From contig JAOPWG010000163.1 in assembly GCA_025965775.1 (NCBI GenBank), positions 1 through 48,149 of the forward strand: a DNA stretch of 48,149 bases, written 5' to 3'. Shown piece by piece: positions 44,848 through 48,149 of this stretch. Numbering within the stretch: the first letter of the stretch is position 1; every line of letters begins with the position of its first letter. A model generated the notes under the pieces. The model was given only the letters and a program-made list of their open reading frames with translations, made no database searches and was not told the DNA's origin. The stretch comes from Modestobacter sp. Its GTDB lineage: Bacteria; Actinomycetota; Actinomycetes; Mycobacteriales; Geodermatophilaceae. The position numbers and the translations under genes are program-made.

Positions 44848-45495
44848 TCACTCCGGCCAGGCGGAGTGCTCGATGACGTCCACGAAGTTGGCCCGCTGAC
44901 AGCCGGGGACGAAACGTTCGAGGACATCCGCCTTGACGTTGCCGAACGTGGTCTCCGGCTTGGGAGCGATGCCTTCGGTGAACGCCCGCAGGATGTGGCG
45001 CTTGAAGTCCGGGCGCGGGTGCAGGGCGGTGATCTCGGCGCGGTCGGCGTCGCTGATGTCGTCGTACCCGATGCCGAGCACGTCGTACTCCACACCGGCG
45101 GTGACCAGGGCGACCTCGGGTTCCATGAACTCCGGGACACCGGGCGTGGTGTGCAGGGCGATCGCCGTCCACACCCGGCGGATGCTGTCCTCGGGCACGC
45201 CGTGTCCCTGCAGGAAACGGCGGGCCTCGTCGGCGCTGTCCACCTCGAAGCGCCGCCCACTGCCACGGAACTGCTCGTTCAGGCCCAGGTCGTGGAACAT
45301 CGCCCCGATGTAGAGCAGCTCCGGGTCGAAGCTCAGCCCGCGGTTGCGGCCCTGCAGGCTGCCGAACCAGAAGACCCGGCGGGAGTGGTGGTACACCAGA
45401 TCGGTGGTGGCAGTACGCACCAGGTCGGTGGCATCGCGTGCCAGCTTGGTGTCGGGGACGGTGACCCCGACTGCGGTCTGTCCGTTCGTGGCCAT
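44848..45495 (-). CDS. HD domain metal-dependent hydrolase
   Basis: YHHSRRVF, AMFHDLG, RFEVDSAD, AIALHTTPG; SD GAGGAG. Confidence 0.88.
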   Translation of the reverse strand: MATNGQTAVGVTVPDTKLARDATDLVRTATTDLVYHHSRRVFWFGSLQGRNRGLSFDPELLYIGAMFHDLGLNEQFRGSGRRFEVDSADEARRFLQGHGVPEDSIRRVWTAIALHTTPGVPEFMEPEVALVTAGVEYDVLGIGYDDISDADRAEITALHPRPDFKRHILRAFTEGIAPKPETTFGNVKADVLERFVPGCQRANFVDVIEHSAWPE

Positions 45496-46026
45496 CGGCA
45501 ACTCCTCGCGTCGGCTGAAGCCCTGAGCGGACTCTTGCTCGATCCCGTCCGGAGCCGCTGACGGCTTCGGGGCCAGCACCCAGGGCCACTACCCGGAAGC
45601 CGGGAGCCGGGAGCCGGGAGCGCGCGGACCCGCCTGCCGCAGGGCCCGCGGCAGGCGCCGGTCGGCCACCGCCCCGGCCACATGGGGCATCGGCAGACAC
45701 ATCGTCCGAACGTGGCTCGTTCCGGCTGGCGGGTAGGGCGCGACGCCAGTCGGCCGGAAGCAGGGATGGCTGCTGGCCCTGACGACGCACCCCGTGGTCC
45801 ACGCGATTCTGGACACAACACGGGCCGACACGCCATCACCCGCAGGCAACGGCACTCGTCGCGACCTCGTAGCCGTCCGATCTCTCGGCATCGACGCGGC
45901 AGTCATCGGTGCACGAGCGTCACCACGACTTCGAGTGACTGTCAACGACTCCCCGCCGCACGCTCCGCGCGAGCGTCCGTCGCGGGCGGGATCACCAAGG
46001 CACGACCACGGGATCGGAGGGAGTAC

Positions 46027-46494
46027 ATGGGCGTCGTCCTGTGTGTTGTGCTCGCCTTGATTGCCCTCAGCGCGGGCTACCGGTTCGTCAGGGGGCGCCG
46101 GCGGCACCGTCGCGCGGCGAGCGACTCACTGAGACGGGTATTCCGTCCGCGGGAACTTCGACAGCTCAACAGGCACCTCGAACGCATCGCCGTGGATGAA
46201 CTGCGCCGGCTCGAGGTACGTGCCGTGCGCTATGTCGCCGGTGATGTCGGATACGTGGTGGTGGTCTCGGGGTCGCGCCACGGCATCGGCCTGGGGCTGT
46301 CCGACGGTCACCGGCTGGAGCTGGGCGGCGTCAGCCGCTCCACGCTGAAGCTGCTCGAGAAAGGCGCAACTGAGGAGGAACTGCGCCCCGCGCGGGTCAG
46401 ACGCTACGGCTTCTTCTCCTACGGTCTGCTGCTTCGTGGCAAAGCCGGTGCCGAGATGGAGATTTTCGCGGACCGGGTCACCCTTGCACTGTGA
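46027..46494 (+). CDS. Hypothetical protein with N-terminal TM anchor
   Basis: SD GGAGGGAG; MGVVLCVVLALIALSAGYRFVRGRRR. Confidence 0.65.
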   Translation: MGVVLCVVLALIALSAGYRFVRGRRRHRRAASDSLRRVFRPRELRQLNRHLERIAVDELRRLEVRAVRYVAGDVGYVVVVSGSRHGIGLGLSDGHRLELGGVSRSTLKLLEKGATEEELRPARVRRYGFFSYGLLLRGKAGAEMEIFADRVTLAL

Positions 46495-46676
46495 GATCTC
46501 GCCATCATTCCGAGCGCAGGCGAGTTGCTTCGGGACGGCGACCGCGGTCACCGTGATGGGCCAGTCGGGCTCTCCTCACGAGTGGCCGCCGACCAGCGCG
46601 GCCACGCCGACGGATGCCCACCCGTGCCTCCGCCGTCCGGTGCAGCCGAGCCGTACCACTGGCAAGGAGGACTGAC

Positions 46677-47927
46677 ATGGCAGTGCTTGATGCCCTCGGC
46701 CACGCGCTCCAGGTCGCGGGGTCCATGACGTGGGAGATCACCTGGGCGCTCGTCCTGGGCTTCGCCCTGTCGGCCATGGTCCAGGCCGTCGTGCGCCGGG
46801 AGTCCGTCACCGCACTACTTGGCGATGACCGCCCCAGGACCCTGGCCATCGCCGCGGGCCTGGGCGCGGCGTCGTCGTCCTGCTCCTACGCCGCCGTGGC
46901 CCTGGCCCGCTCGCTGTTCCGCAAGGGCGCCACCTTCACCGCTGCCATGGCCTTCGAAGTCGCCTCGACCAACCTGGTCATCGAGCTGGGCATCATCCTG
47001 GTCCTGCTCATCGGCTGGCAGTTCGCCGTCGCCGAATACGTCGGCGGCGTGATCATGATCGCCGTCCTCGCCCTGCTGTTCCGGCTCCTCCTGCGCCAGC
47101 GTCTCCTCGAGGAGGCACGGGCGCAGGCGGACAAGGGGCTGGCGGGGTCCATGGAGGGACATGCCGCGATGGACATGTCCATCACCGGAAGCGGCTCGTT
47201 CTGGAGGCGCCTCGCCTCTGCCAAGGGCTTCACCGCGGTCAGCCACGTCTTCGTCATGGAGTGGGCAGCGGTGCTCCGTGACATCGTGGCCGGTCTGCTC
47301 ATCGCCGGCGCCATCGCCGCCTGGGTGCCCGCGAGCTTCTGGCAGTCGTTCTTCCTGGTCGACCACCCGCTGCTGGCCAAGATCTGGGGGCCGCTCATCG
47401 GCCCGATCGTCGCGGTGTTGAGCTTCGTCTGCTCGATCGGCAACGTGCCCCTGGCCGCGGTGCTCTGGAACGGCGGCATCAGCTTCGGTGGCGTCGTGAG
47501 CTTCATCTTCGCCGACCTACTGATCATCCCGATCCTGCTGATCTACCGGAAGTACTACGGCACCAGGACGGCCGCCTTCCTCGCCGCCACCCTCTACGTG
47601 GCCAGCGTCGTTGCCGGCTACCTCGTCGAGCTGGTCTTCGGGCTCGCCCACCTGGTCCCCGCCGCCCGCGGCGCGCGGGTGGAGACGTCGTCGGTCTCGT
47701 GGAACTACACCACGTTCCTCAACATCATCTTCCTCCTCCTGGCCGCAGTCCTCATCGTGCGCTTCCTGCGCACCGGCGGGATGGGGATGCTGACGATGAT
47801 GAGCGGCGGACCCGACGACACGGCCGGTCACGACCACGCTGACCATGACACGGCCGACCACGAACGCACGGGTCACAGCACACCCGCCTCCCCCGACCCA
47901 CCACGCCACCGTGGGCCCGAGCGATGA
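46677..47927 (+). CDS. Predicted permease (DUF318/ArsP_1 family, Rv2963-like)
   Basis: MTWEITWALVLGF, SSSCSYAA, SFVCSIGNVPLA, FIFADL; His/Asp tail GHDHADHDTADH; SD AAGGAGG. Confidence 0.88.
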   Translation: MAVLDALGHALQVAGSMTWEITWALVLGFALSAMVQAVVRRESVTALLGDDRPRTLAIAAGLGAASSSCSYAAVALARSLFRKGATFTAAMAFEVASTNLVIELGIILVLLIGWQFAVAEYVGGVIMIAVLALLFRLLLRQRLLEEARAQADKGLAGSMEGHAAMDMSITGSGSFWRRLASAKGFTAVSHVFVMEWAAVLRDIVAGLLIAGAIAAWVPASFWQSFFLVDHPLLAKIWGPLIGPIVAVLSFVCSIGNVPLAAVLWNGGISFGGVVSFIFADLLIIPILLIYRKYYGTRTAAFLAATLYVASVVAGYLVELVFGLAHLVPAARGARVETSSVSWNYTTFLNIIFLLLAAVLIVRFLRTGGMGMLTMMSGGPDDTAGHDHADHDTADHERTGHSTPASPDPPRHRGPER

Positions 47928-48099
47928 CCTCGAGGCGACCTGGCGCCGGTTCCACCCCCGCTACCGTCGGCGACGGCCTCTTCGCCCGATCACCGGCCGG
48001 AGCGCCCGGCATAGCCTGAAGAAGCCCCGAGGGCGAGCAGCGGTGCAGACCTCGGCGACCACGAGCGGCCCGCCCGTGGCGAGCACAGCTGGAGGTGCA

Positions 48100-48149
48100 A
48101 TGAGCCACGGCGAGGCTGACCAGGTACGGCGGTGGCGTGAGCTGCTGAC
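48100..48149 (+). CDS. Start of an unidentified CDS (3' partial)
   Basis: SD GGAGG then ATG; MSHGEADQVRRWRELL runs off the window. Confidence 0.45.
   Translation, partial: MSHGEADQVRRWRELL

Noticed and set aside
45593-45620. Heptamer repeat CCGG(G/A)AG x4 upstream of the HD gene
   Set aside because: Short GC-rich microsatellite with no supporting evidence of function
24900-48149. Mosaic region as a genomic island or prophage
   Set aside because: No integrase, transposase, tRNA attachment site, phage genes or flanking direct repeats seen in the window

Overview
High-GC DNA, most likely from a soil actinobacterium (inferred from gene content). No rRNA, tRNA, CRISPR array, transposase or integrase was recognised. 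1-17 kb holds mostly intact metabolic genes: a DeoR regulator with a YtfQ/R/T/YjfF-like sugar ABC operon and aldose 1-epimerase, a LacI regulator divergent from a PhyH-family dioxygenase with tandem operators, a LolA-like/ABC exporter operon, a carboxylesterase, an F420 LLM oxidoreductase and a molybdopterin oxidoreductase/cytochrome b pair. 17-30 kb is a surface and c-di-GMP region: a GT2 and a secreted Pro/Ala repeat protein lie divergent from a subtilisin-like protease with a strict Trp-pentapeptide tail, encoded 4 bp upstream of a membrane GGDEF-EAL protein (the best candidate for an undescribed system). A frameshifted LysR, a divergent kinase/degenerate HD-GYP regulator pair with an inverted-repeat-bounded intergenic region, and an EAL remnant follow. 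30-48 kb is mosaic: an HNH-like protein, a giant CtpH/CtpI-like P-type ATPase followed by three paralogous (D/E)WP-motif small proteins, DoxX, cupredoxin, a GNAT-AAA fusion, RHH and PLD genes, a triple-GAF kinase, an HD protein and an Rv2963-like permease. All family calls come from reading motifs by eye; no database searches were run.
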